32,000 nucleotides of DNA, taken from assembly GCA_964640155.1 (NCBI GenBank), contig CAZXEQ010000001.1, positions 111,256 through 143,255 on the forward strand. Reading direction: 5' to 3'. Source of the stretch: an uncultured bacterium (GTDB lineage: Bacteria; Auribacterota; JACPWU01). The notes under the pieces are model-generated. The model did not search any database. It worked only from the letters and a program-made list of their open reading frames with translations, and was not told where the DNA came from. Shown here one piece after another: positions 1 through 6,830 of the stretch (the stretch's first letter is position 1; the number at the start of each line of letters is the position of its first letter). Made by a program: the position numbers and the translations under genes.

Positions 1-2
1 AC

Positions 3-149
3 AATGACGATGATGGTTCTGGATCTGGCAGTGGATCAGGCTCTGATGATGACGACGATGGTTCTGGATCCGGCAGTGGATCAGGCTCTGATGATGACGA
101 TGATGGTTCTGGATCCGGCAGTGGATCAGGCTCTGACGACGACGATGAT
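3..149 (+). repeat. Tandem 45-bp coding repeat (about 3.3 units), each unit encoding DDDDDGSGSGSGSGS
   Basis: Unit boundaries read directly at nt 45, 90 and 135 (gatgatgacgacgat ggttctggatccggcagtggatcaggctct), with only synonymous or near-synonymous differences between units. The array runs into the left window edge and may continue upstream. Confidence 0.85.
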
Positions 150-962
150 TTCTGGAACGAAGATGAATGGGATGATTACTATGATGGCGGTGGTCACGGA
201 AATGACGATCACTATCGCAGTCATAATAATAGAGGACATGGCAACAACACTGATCATGATGATGAAGACAATCCAGGCAATGGTGGTGGAAGCCACGGGC
301 ATGATCATGATGGTGATACCGATTCATCACATGATGGATATGATGATGATGAAAATGGAGGCGGTTCTGGATCAAGCTCTGGATCTGGTAGTAGTTATGA
401 TGACGACGACTCAGAAGATGGGAGTTACAGTAGTGGAGCGGGCTCCAGCAATTCCGGTGGAACTGATGACGAAGATGATTGGTGGGAACAATACTGGCAA
501 AATGGAAATGATGATGACGAAGTAGGCGGAGGAAATGGTAGTCAATGCGCCTATAACGAGAATGGTACATTCGAAGACGATGGTGAAGGTGAAAGTGAAG
601 GAACTCAAAGCAGCGGGAGTAGTGGTAGTACGGGTACAGATACTGACAGTGATGATTGGTGGGATGACTATTATGCTAGCCAATCCGGAAGCAGCGGAAG
701 CGACGGATCCAGCTCTAGCGGCTCTACCAGTAGTGATTCTACTGAGAATTCAGGTACTGATGATGGCGGTGGAACCTATGGTGGAGGAAGCAGTTCAGGC
801 TCTAGTGGCGGCTATGAAGATGACGATTATTATGAAGAATATTATGATGACTATTATACACAAGATGTGAATGCACCTGAAACCGGCAGTGAAAGCTCCG
901 GTGATACAGCTGATGCTTCAGGCTCGACGAGCAACGAAGGTAGTAGCGGAAGTGGATGTTAA
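3..962 (+). CDS. 3' portion of a gene for a hyper-acidic Asp/Gly/Ser-rich low-complexity protein (5' end lies left of the window)
   Basis: The frame with codons starting at nt 3 has no stop from the window edge to TAA at 960-962. It also has no ATG, which is why the ORF track lacks it. Translation reads NDDDGSGSGSGSGS-DDDDDGSGSGSGSGS-DDDDDGSGSGSGSGS-DDDDDFWNEDEWDDYY...DDEDDWWEQYW...DSDDWWDDYY...YEDDDYYEEYYDDYY...GSSGSGC*. The track ORFs 4..525, 535..870, 126..308(-), 411..683(-) and 802..990(-) are off-frame or antisense shadows of this repeat-rich frame. Hairpin terminators follow the stop. Confidence 0.6.
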   Translation, partial: NDDDGSGSGSGSGSDDDDDGSGSGSGSGSDDDDDGSGSGSGSGSDDDDDFWNEDEWDDYYDGGGHGNDDHYRSHNNRGHGNNTDHDDEDNPGNGGGSHGHDHDGDTDSSHDGYDDDENGGGSGSSSGSGSSYDDDDSEDGSYSSGAGSSNSGGTDDEDDWWEQYWQNGNDDDEVGGGNGSQCAYNENGTFEDDGEGESEGTQSSGSSGSTGTDTDSDDWWDDYYASQSGSSGSDGSSSSGSTSSDSTENSGTDDGGGTYGGGSSSGSSGGYEDDDYYEEYYDDYYTQDVNAPETGSESSGDTADASGSTSNEGSSGSGC

Positions 963-980
963 GAATAAGTTCTGTTAAAT

Positions 981-999
981 GACAGGTCAACGACCTGTC
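981..999 (+). other. Perfect 8-bp hairpin GACAGGTC-aac-GACCTGTC just after the stop of the acidic-protein gene
   Basis: The inverted repeat was read directly. No U-tract follows it on either strand, so it is not by itself a canonical intrinsic terminator. Confidence 0.4.
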
Positions 1000-1001
1000 A
1001 C

Positions 1002-1057
1002 AAAAAGGCGTCCTTGGGAAATGTGCCCCCCCTCATTTTCTAGGACGCTCTTTTTTT
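1002..1057. terminator. Candidate bidirectional intrinsic terminator between the convergent acidic-protein gene (+) and lptE-like gene (-)
   Basis: The outer stem pairs GCGTCCT (1008-1014) with AGGACGC (1042-1048). An inner helix pairs GAAATG with CATTT. The structure is flanked by AAAAA on the left and TCTTTTTTT on the right, so a U-run follows the hairpin on both strands. Confidence 0.5.
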
Positions 1058-1080
1058 AAGAAGAATATGTATTGTATAAG

Positions 1081-1200
1081 GCTGCTCAAAAAGAGGCGTT
1101 TTCAAGGCGTGTTCGAGCGAAGGCGGAGATGTACATTTTCTGGTACATCGCACAACGCAAGCGAAGAACGTAACGCAGAAAACGACCTTTTTCAGCAGTC
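1081..1200. other. ~120-nt long imperfect palindrome (rod-like hairpin) in the 3' region of the lptE-like gene
   Basis: The outer arms CTGCTCAAAAAG (1082-1093) and CTTTTTCAGCAG (1187-1198) are complementary with one mismatch. Further pairings are CGTTTTC/GAAAACG, GCGT/ACGC and TTCG/CGAA, with an apical perfect stem GATGTAC (1128-1134) / GTACATC (1143-1149). The track ORF 1067..1324 that overlaps it looks spurious. Confidence 0.4.
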
Positions 1201-1205
1201 GAAGC

Positions 1206-1739
1206 CTACCAAGCTTCTACAACTGCTTCTACAACATTGCGTGAAAGATCCTCTTCCAAAGTCGGAAGCTGGCTTCTTTCTTGACTGGTCAAAGCACCCA
1301 AAGCAGTTCGTTCAGTCTCTCTAAAGCTTCCACCCACAAAATAGGTTGTTTCACCTTCAACTTTACGAGTCGACCAAATAGGTTGATTCGTTTTAACATC
1401 AATTAAAGTAAGACGAACGATCAAGCGCAAGCGATATTCGGTTACTTCTCTAAAATCTTGCCCCGTAAATCGCAAAGGCTCTCTTCGATATTCAAGAATT
1501 TCACCTTCTAATCGGATATCGGCCTCTTCATCTTCAACAACCGTAACACTTCCATCAATTTGGAATTGATTGATTATTTCATTCGTAATGCTCATTTCTA
1601 CACCAGGTTCTGGAGTAAGATTCTTAAACGTGGGGATAGAAATTGTTTTAATATTTGAAGGTAAAGTAGAACCCATTTTGTATCCACATCCATTCAAAAA
1701 AATCAATCCAAGCAGAAAAAAACTAAAATACTTTTTCAT
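1206..1739 (-). CDS. lptE: LptE-like outer-membrane lipoprotein (LPS-assembly lipoprotein family)
   Basis: The N-terminus MKKYFSFFLLGLIFLNGCGYKMGS has a signal peptide plus lipobox (LNGC). The following CGY-x-x-G and ...IKTISIPTFKN segments are typical of LptE/RlpB. The protein is 177 aa. AAGGAG lies 6 nt upstream of the ATG, and the start overlaps the upstream bamD-like stop (ATGA). Confidence 0.55.
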   Translation of the reverse strand: MKKYFSFFLLGLIFLNGCGYKMGSTLPSNIKTISIPTFKNLTPEPGVEMSITNEIINQFQIDGSVTVVEDEEADIRLEGEILEYRREPLRFTGQDFREVTEYRLRLIVRLTLIDVKTNQPIWSTRKVEGETTYFVGGSFRETERTALGALTSQERSQLPTLEEDLSRNVVEAVVEAW

Positions 1740-2731
1740 TGTGCTCCTTTAACAGGTTGAACTTTCTTATCTTTATCTAGTGCATTCATTTTGGTTCTAG
1801 AGATTCTGGCTTGCTCGCTATCAGGGAAAAGTTCAATGACTTGAGCATAATAGACTTTGGCTGAAACAATATCCCCCACCTTATGATAATAAGCTGCAGA
1901 CTCAAAAATGCCTTGAGCTTTTCTTGCATTAAGCTCTTTGATTTTTTCCTTCACTTCTGCAAAGCGTTTACTTTCTGGATATTCTCTAACAAATTCATTA
2001 AAAGTCTCTAAAGCCTTTTCTGTTGCAGCTTGATCATAAGCAGCACTTTTAGATTGTTTGTAGAAACAAAATCCTATTCTATATTTTGCTTCATCACGAA
2101 CAGCACTTTTAGGATATTCCTTCAAAAGCTTCTTATAGGCTTCTACAGCTTCCGGAAATTTATCCATTTTTTGATTGGCAATTCCTAGTCTCAACTGGGC
2201 CTGATCTGCTAAATCACCAAAGGGAAAGTTTTCAATTACTTTCTGAAAAATTTCCACAGCAATGTTCATCGAAGGGAAAAGTGCTAGTTTGATAAATTTC
2301 ATTTTGCGTTTCTTTCCAGACAAAAATAGATTTCCAATTCGATACTCCTCATTCACTACTTTTTGAATGTCAGGATAAGACGGGTATTTTTCTACCAACA
2401 TTTGATAAGCTTGAAAAGCTTCGTAATAATAATTGGCCTTCTTATAGTTTTCCGCAGATCGAACAAGGGCTTGAGCAGCAAGAGGACTGGTGGGATAAGC
2501 TTTGACGAGTTTCTTAAATTCTTTGGCTGCCCTATCCCATTTTCTTTTCTTTTCAAAACCTTCCGCATGTTGAAACTGACCTTTTGCCGAACCTTTTACC
2601 TCAAATTTTGGATTATACCAGCGGCCTGTCTTAGGCTCCCAGATCCAGACAGCTTCAGAAGGAATAGAACTCAAGCCAAACGATAAGGCAAGAAATGATA
2701 AAACTAAATAATTTTTTACTTTACGATTCAT
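1736..2731 (-). CDS. bamD: BamD/YfiO-like TPR outer-membrane assembly factor
   Basis: The 331-aa protein has an N-terminal signal-like segment (LVLSFLALSFGLSSIPSEA). It carries repeated TPR-like ...YP.S... units (KAYPTSPLAAQA, EKYPSYPD, KEYPKSAVRDEA, REYPESKRFAE). Its C-terminal segment AAYYHKVGDIVSAKVYYAQVIELFPDS matches the BamD pattern. No lipobox cysteine is present. Confidence 0.6.
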   Translation of the reverse strand: MNRKVKNYLVLSFLALSFGLSSIPSEAVWIWEPKTGRWYNPKFEVKGSAKGQFQHAEGFEKKRKWDRAAKEFKKLVKAYPTSPLAAQALVRSAENYKKANYYYEAFQAYQMLVEKYPSYPDIQKVVNEEYRIGNLFLSGKKRKMKFIKLALFPSMNIAVEIFQKVIENFPFGDLADQAQLRLGIANQKMDKFPEAVEAYKKLLKEYPKSAVRDEAKYRIGFCFYKQSKSAAYDQAATEKALETFNEFVREYPESKRFAEVKEKIKELNARKAQGIFESAAYYHKVGDIVSAKVYYAQVIELFPDSEQARISRTKMNALDKDKKVQPVKGAQ

Positions 2732-2756
2732 ATACTCTCACTTGGATTAGTTCAAA

Positions 2757-2785
2757 ATTCTAGGGAAAGGAAGAGAAACTGTCAA
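2757..2785 (-). promoter_or_regulatory. Sigma70-like promoter candidate for the bamD-lptE pair
   Basis: On the minus strand: TTGACA (2780-2785), a 17-nt spacer, then TAGAAT (2757-2762), about 25 nt upstream of the bamD-like ATG at 2731. Confidence 0.4.
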
Positions 2786-2844
2786 GGAATACAAAAACCG
2801 TCATGCGTTGTGCGTAATGCGTAATGCATTTAACGAAAGACGCT

Positions 2845-3837
2845 TTACGGTTCACGCAAAACCGTCTTTAATTTTTTCGTCAAGGCAGGAACAACCTCAA
2901 AAAGATCTCCAATGATGGCATAGTCTGCTATTTGAAGAATAGGAGCTGTAGCATCCTTGTTGATCACGATAATCTTATCCGATTGGCGCATACCGAAAAG
3001 ATGTTGAATGGCCCCTGAAATGCCGCAAGCGATATAAATCTTAGGCTTCACTGTTTTTCCCGTTTGACCTACCTGATGAGGATAAGAAATCCAGCCCAAA
3101 TCTACCGCCACTCGACTGGCTCCAACAGCTCCTCCAACAACATCTGCAAGATCTTGAAGAATTTTGAAATTTTCTGGGCCCTTCATTCCACGTCCACCTG
3201 AAACAATAATATCGGCCTCTGTAACATCTTTCTCTTTGGAAGCATCTTGTGTAAATTGAAGAACACGCACACGATCTTGAGTCTTCCAATTTTCTGAAAA
3301 AGGAATTTCTTGAAGCTTTCCCTGCCGGGCAGCATCTGCTGCCAAAGGTTTCGCCGAATGAGGCTTCAAAGAAACCAAATGAGATTGTCCATTATTAAAA
3401 ACAACTTCCGTAATTTGCCTCCCACCAAAGCAAGGGCGAAACATTTTAAGCTTTCCATCTTGAACTTCTACTTGTCCTATAGCAGAAGAAAATCCACATT
3501 TCCACTTCACCATCAAACGGGCCGCGATAGATCGAGCAATTGTAGACGTTCCAGAAAAGAGATAAGCAGGTTCTAAAGGTTTGAGCGTTTGATCACAAAC
3601 TTGCGCCAAGATTTCATTTGAAAGCTGGTTAAAAGAATCTTTACCCCAATAAACTTCATCTGCTCCCTGAGCAATTAAAGACTGAGCTGTCTCTTGCTTA
3701 GCAATTCCAAAAATAAGAGTAATCACTTTAAGCTTCATCGCATCAGCAACTTTTCTTGCTGCAGCAATAAGCTCAAATGAAATGGCTTTTACTTCACCAT
3801 TAATGGATTCAGCAAGTACAGCAATACAAGAAGACAT
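2845..3837 (-). CDS. etfA: Electron transfer flavoprotein, alpha subunit
   Basis: The 330-aa protein has a C-terminal FAD-binding region ...VSGGRGMKGPENF...GASRVAVDLGW...QVGQTGKTVKPKIYIACGISGAIQH..G...IIVINKD..API..ADY.IIGDLFEVVPAL, which is characteristic of EtfA. Confidence 0.9.
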   Translation of the reverse strand: MSSCIAVLAESINGEVKAISFELIAAARKVADAMKLKVITLIFGIAKQETAQSLIAQGADEVYWGKDSFNQLSNEILAQVCDQTLKPLEPAYLFSGTSTIARSIAARLMVKWKCGFSSAIGQVEVQDGKLKMFRPCFGGRQITEVVFNNGQSHLVSLKPHSAKPLAADAARQGKLQEIPFSENWKTQDRVRVLQFTQDASKEKDVTEADIIVSGGRGMKGPENFKILQDLADVVGGAVGASRVAVDLGWISYPHQVGQTGKTVKPKIYIACGISGAIQHLFGMRQSDKIIVINKDATAPILQIADYAIIGDLFEVVPALTKKLKTVLREP

Positions 3838-3927
3838 AAATTCCTTAAAAATTGTGGCTTGTGTATAGTGAATTGTAGATTGTTATTTATTTTTCTATCC
3901 ACAATATCCAATCCACCATACCCTGTT

Positions 3928-4710
3928 TTATATCATTTTTTTCTCCAACAACTCTTTTACCAACTGATCAACCGCCTCTTCAGCTGTTCCTGAAAAGATT
4001 TTTACTCCTGATTTTTTAGGAGGTTCTTGCGCACTAGCAACTTTTGTTTTAGCGCCTGCCAGACCTACTTGTCCAAAATCCAACCCTAAATCTTTCAGCG
4101 TCCATACAGGGATTTGAGCACTTTTAGCAGCCATTTTACCCTTTAAAGAAGGGAGTCTTGGCTCATTAATCTCCTTTACAACACTCAAAACCGCAGGCAA
4201 ACGTACTTCTACCTCATAAGCTCCCCCCACTCCCATCTGCTCCACGCGAAGATGCCCATCTTTTAAATCAATTATTTTGCGCACATCCATAACGAAAGGC
4301 AAATTTAAAGCTTCTGCAATCGCAGCAGGAATAATTCCATTTTCTCCATCACTGGACTGTTTCCCCGCCAAAATTAAATCAAAGGGTCCACACTTCTCAA
4401 TCCCTTTTGATAATACTAATGCAGTTGCAAGCAAATCTGATCCTATAAGAGCTGAATCGCTGATTAAAACACCTTTATCTACTCCCACAGAAATGGCAAA
4501 TCGCAAAAGATCTATCGCCTTTTCTTTCCCCATAGAAAGAGCAAGTGTCTCGGCAGAAAATTTTTCTTTCAAACGAACAGACTCTTCAATGACATATTCA
4601 TCGGAAGGATTACAGATCAGGTCTAGGCCCTCACGAACGATCAGGAAGTCAGATCCAAATCGCTGATCTTTGGTGTCGGGAACTTGTTTAATAAGAGAGA
4701 TGATTTTCAT
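3928..4710 (-). CDS. etfB: Electron transfer flavoprotein, beta subunit
   Basis: The 260-aa protein begins MKIISLIKQVPDT...NPSDEYVIEESVRLKE and contains ...DLILAGKQSSDGENG...AEALNLPFV, the typical EtfB architecture. It lies directly between the acyl-CoA dehydrogenase gene and etfA. Confidence 0.9.
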   Translation of the reverse strand: MKIISLIKQVPDTKDQRFGSDFLIVREGLDLICNPSDEYVIEESVRLKEKFSAETLALSMGKEKAIDLLRFAISVGVDKGVLISDSALIGSDLLATALVLSKGIEKCGPFDLILAGKQSSDGENGIIPAAIAEALNLPFVMDVRKIIDLKDGHLRVEQMGVGGAYEVEVRLPAVLSVVKEINEPRLPSLKGKMAAKSAQIPVWTLKDLGLDFGQVGLAGAKTKVASAQEPPKKSGVKIFSGTAEEAVDQLVKELLEKKMI

Positions 4711-4743
4711 ATGATTAGCAGATTGGGCTTTTTCATCGGACTT

Positions 4744-5895
4744 TTAATATTCCTTCAAAAGACTAGCTGCGATCATATTACGTTGAATCTGATTCGTCCC
4801 CTCATAAATCTGAGTAATTTTGGCATCGCGCATCATTTTTTCGACGGGGTAATCTTTCATATAGCCATACCCACCTAAAATCTGAACAGCATCGGTGGTC
4901 ACTTTCATGGCCATATCTGAAGCAAAAAGTTTAGACATAGCCGCTTCTTTGGTAAAACGCTTGTCCCCCGCTTTTTCAATGGCCTTGGCAACACAGTAAG
5001 TTAATGCACGCGCAGCTTCAATCTGAGTCGCCATATCCGCTAAGAGGATCTGAATAGCTTGAAATGATGAAATAGGTTTGTCAAATTGCTTACGATCTTT
5101 GGAGTAAGCTGCAGCAATGTCTAAAGCCCCTTGAGCAATACCTAAAGCCTGAGCAGCAACCCCTGGCCGACCATGATCAAAGTTCTTGAGTGCAATGATA
5201 AAACCCTGTCCTTCTTTGCCAAGCAAATTTTCTTTTGGAACTTTACAGTCTTCAAAAATAAGGGTTCGTGTCGCTGATGAGCGAATGCCCATCTTATCTT
5301 CTTTTTTACCAAAACTAAAACCTTCAAAACCTTTTTCAATAATGAAAGCCGAACTTCCTCGCGCTCCTTTGCTAGGATCTGTCGCTGCAATAAGCGTATA
5401 AGTATCCGCTTCTCCTCCATTGGTCACCCATTGTTTGGAACCATTGATGATGTAATAATCCCCTTTTTTCTCAGCTCGAGTGGTAATAAATCCAATATCA
5501 CTTCCTGAACTGGGTTCTGTAATGGAAAACGCAGCGACTTTTTTGCCAGAGGCAACATCGGGGAGATATTTTTTCTTCTGTTCTTCTGTTCCAAACGTAA
5601 TAATGGGATAGGTTCCTAATGCAGAAGCTGCCACACTCAAAGCGATACCCCCACAGGCTCGGCTTAATTCCTCAACCACCAAAACGAGTTCTAAAAGTCC
5701 AAAGCCCAAACCTCCATACTTTTCTGGAATATAAACAGCCGTGAGTCCGGTTTCACCAAAAATCTTTACAAGTTCCCAGGCAAATTCATTTTCGCGATCA
5801 TACTTTTCTCTGACAGGAACAATTTTTTCTTTAGCAACTTGACGGGCGAGAGCTTGAATTTCTTTCTGTTCATCGGTGAGGAAATATTCGAGCAT
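4744..5895 (-). CDS. Acyl-CoA dehydrogenase (short/medium-chain, butyryl-CoA dehydrogenase-like)
   Basis: The 383-aa protein shows ACAD hallmarks: ...FSITEPSSGSD..., ...YIINGSKQWVTNGG..., ...QILGGYGYMKDYPVEKMMRDAKITQIYEGTNQIQR. It is the first gene of an acd-etfB-etfA operon. Confidence 0.9.
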   Translation of the reverse strand: MLEYFLTDEQKEIQALARQVAKEKIVPVREKYDRENEFAWELVKIFGETGLTAVYIPEKYGGLGFGLLELVLVVEELSRACGGIALSVAASALGTYPIITFGTEEQKKKYLPDVASGKKVAAFSITEPSSGSDIGFITTRAEKKGDYYIINGSKQWVTNGGEADTYTLIAATDPSKGARGSSAFIIEKGFEGFSFGKKEDKMGIRSSATRTLIFEDCKVPKENLLGKEGQGFIIALKNFDHGRPGVAAQALGIAQGALDIAAAYSKDRKQFDKPISSFQAIQILLADMATQIEAARALTYCVAKAIEKAGDKRFTKEAAMSKLFASDMAMKVTTDAVQILGGYGYMKDYPVEKMMRDAKITQIYEGTNQIQRNMIAASLLKEY

Positions 5896-5945
5896 TGCGG
5901 GCCTTTCGTTGAATGTGTGGAATATTCTTTCCTTCTTCTAAGAAA

Positions 5946-5973
5946 ATTTTATCAGGCTGATAGAAAGTTTCAA
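5946..5973 (-). promoter_or_regulatory. Promoter candidate for acd-etfBA with an overlapping palindrome TATCAGnCTGATA
   Basis: On the minus strand: TTGAAA (5968-5973), a 16-nt spacer, then TAAAAT (5946-5951), about 50 nt upstream of the ATG at 5895. The 13-nt palindrome tatcaggctgata (5950-5962) spans the spacer and -10 element. Confidence 0.3.
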
Positions 5974-6035
5974 GAAGATTCGTCAATCAGAGGACGTTTA
6001 TAAACACAAAACCCATGCAAATCTACCAACTGTTC

Positions 6036-6347
6036 CTACGCACGAACTAAACCTAAAGCTTTAATTGAAGATATACGATTTAATTCTTTCCTTAAATGCT
6101 TACTTTCTTCTTCCAAATCATAATCGTCTTGCAATCCCAACCAAAACTGAGGAGTACTCCCAAAAAATCTAGAAAATCTCAATGCAACGGGCACGGTGAC
6201 TCTTCTTTTTCCCTTAATAATTTCGGAAATTGCCGTTTGTGGAATATGCGTTTCCTTAGCCAACCGATAGGCTGTAATCTTCATGGGAATTAAGAATTCT
6301 TCTTTTAAAATTTCCCCAGGATGTATATTTTTTAATCTGTTTATCAT
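6036..6347 (-). CDS. higA: HigA-family antitoxin (XRE-type HTH)
   Basis: The 103-aa sequence IHPGEILKEEFL.P..IT.Y.LAK...IP...ISEII.GKR..T...ALR.S.FFG.....WL.LQ..YDL is the classic HigA/VapI signature. GAGGTGA lies upstream of the ATG, 11 nt after the higB stop codon. Confidence 0.85.
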   Translation of the reverse strand: MINRLKNIHPGEILKEEFLIPMKITAYRLAKETHIPQTAISEIIKGKRRVTVPVALRFSRFFGSTPQFWLGLQDDYDLEEESKHLRKELNRISSIKALGLVRA

Positions 6348-6358
6348 AAATCACCTCT

Positions 6359-6753
6359 CTAGTGATAATCTGCAATTTCGACGTTGTATGCATCTCCATC
6401 AATCCATTTACAAGTCAGTTCATTTATTTCTACTTATAAATTCTGACAGTACTAAGGATAAGGGAGCTCAAAACCCTATCACCAGAGCAATGATCTATGT
6501 AAGTTTTGCAGATCTCCTTAGTAAAGCAAACTCTCCATTGATCATTGATCCTAATACTACAACCTCCTTCTCTATCTCCCTTTAATTTTTCCAACCTATT
6601 AGAGGGTGGAATCATTAAATCGGAAAGAACCATAGCATTATTGAGCATTCTAAGCTTTCTTCGAGAAACATTTTGAATGTCCGAAGGTAATTTGCGAGAT
6701 TTTATCCCTTCCCATATCTTCTTCGTCTCTACATCACCAAAGCCTTTGATCAT
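6359..6753 (-). pseudogene. higB: HigB-family (RelE/ParE superfamily) toxin gene interrupted by a 110-nt insertion
   Basis: Codons 1-78 (6753 down to 6520) read MIKGFGDVETKKIWEG...LKGDREGGCSIRINDQWRVCFT, as in HigB. The canonical C-terminus KWIDGDAYNVEIADYH* is encoded at 6409 down to 6359, in a different frame. Removing 6410-6519 restores a 94-codon in-frame HigB. As it stands, the frame reads through into the insertion and stops at 6430. Confidence 0.7.
6410..6519 (-). other. 110-nt insertion splitting higB (origin unknown)
   Basis: The boundaries are inferred from where HigB-like coding sense is lost and regained. TAA is present at both junctions (acTAAggag... / ...ttgTAAatgg). No convincing terminal inverted repeats were found. 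There is an internal hairpin GATAGGG-ttttgagct-CCCTTATC. Confidence 0.55.
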
Positions 6754-6758
6754 ATATA

Positions 6759-6787
6759 ATACTAACTTATTTCATTACTATTGTCAA
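6759..6787 (-). promoter_or_regulatory. Promoter candidate for higBA (near-leaderless)
   Basis: On the minus strand: TTGACA (6782-6787), a 17-nt spacer, then TAGTAT (6759-6764), only 5 nt before the higB ATG (6751-6753). Confidence 0.35.
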
Positions 6788-6830
6788 ACGATATCATTTA
6801 GACACAGGAGGATAACGAAGTTAAATTCTA

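Noticed and set aside
3-149. 45-bp direct repeats considered as a possible CRISPR array
   Set aside because: The units are directly contiguous with no spacers, are in frame, and encode an exact peptide repeat. This is a coding tandem repeat, not a CRISPR array.
4-990. Track ORFs 4..525(+), 535..870(+), 126..308(-), 411..683(-) and 802..990(-), which encode M/T/V/I-rich peptides
   Set aside because: They are alternative-frame and antisense readings of the GAT/GAC/GGT/AGC-rich repeat. The stop-free frame starting at nt 3 gives a coherent D/G/S repeat protein that ends at a stop followed by terminator hairpins, and it explains all of them.
1067-1324. 85-aa + strand ORF spanning the intergenic palindrome and the antisense of the lptE 3' end
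   Set aside because: It has no RBS, an Arg/Lys-rich nonsense-like sequence, and overlaps both a structured non-coding element and a well-supported gene on the other strand.
2786-2844. Short direct repeat gcgtaatgcgtaatgc and possible terminator downstream of etfA
   Set aside because: I could not draw a convincing stem-loop followed by a U-tract, and the repeat is only two 7-nt units.
3838-3927. Inverted repeat ATTGTGG...CCACAAT in the etfB-etfA spacer
   Set aside because: The arms are only 7 bp and are separated by ~40 nt of AT-rich sequence, which is too weak to call a regulatory structure.
2363-5420. Antisense or overlapping ORFs inside bamD, etfA, etfB and acd (2363..2686, 3041..3289, 3310..3576, 4277..4666, 4684..4878, 5142..5420, 5186..5401)
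   Set aside because: Each lies wholly within a strongly supported conserved gene and has low-complexity or basic composition with no recognisable motifs.
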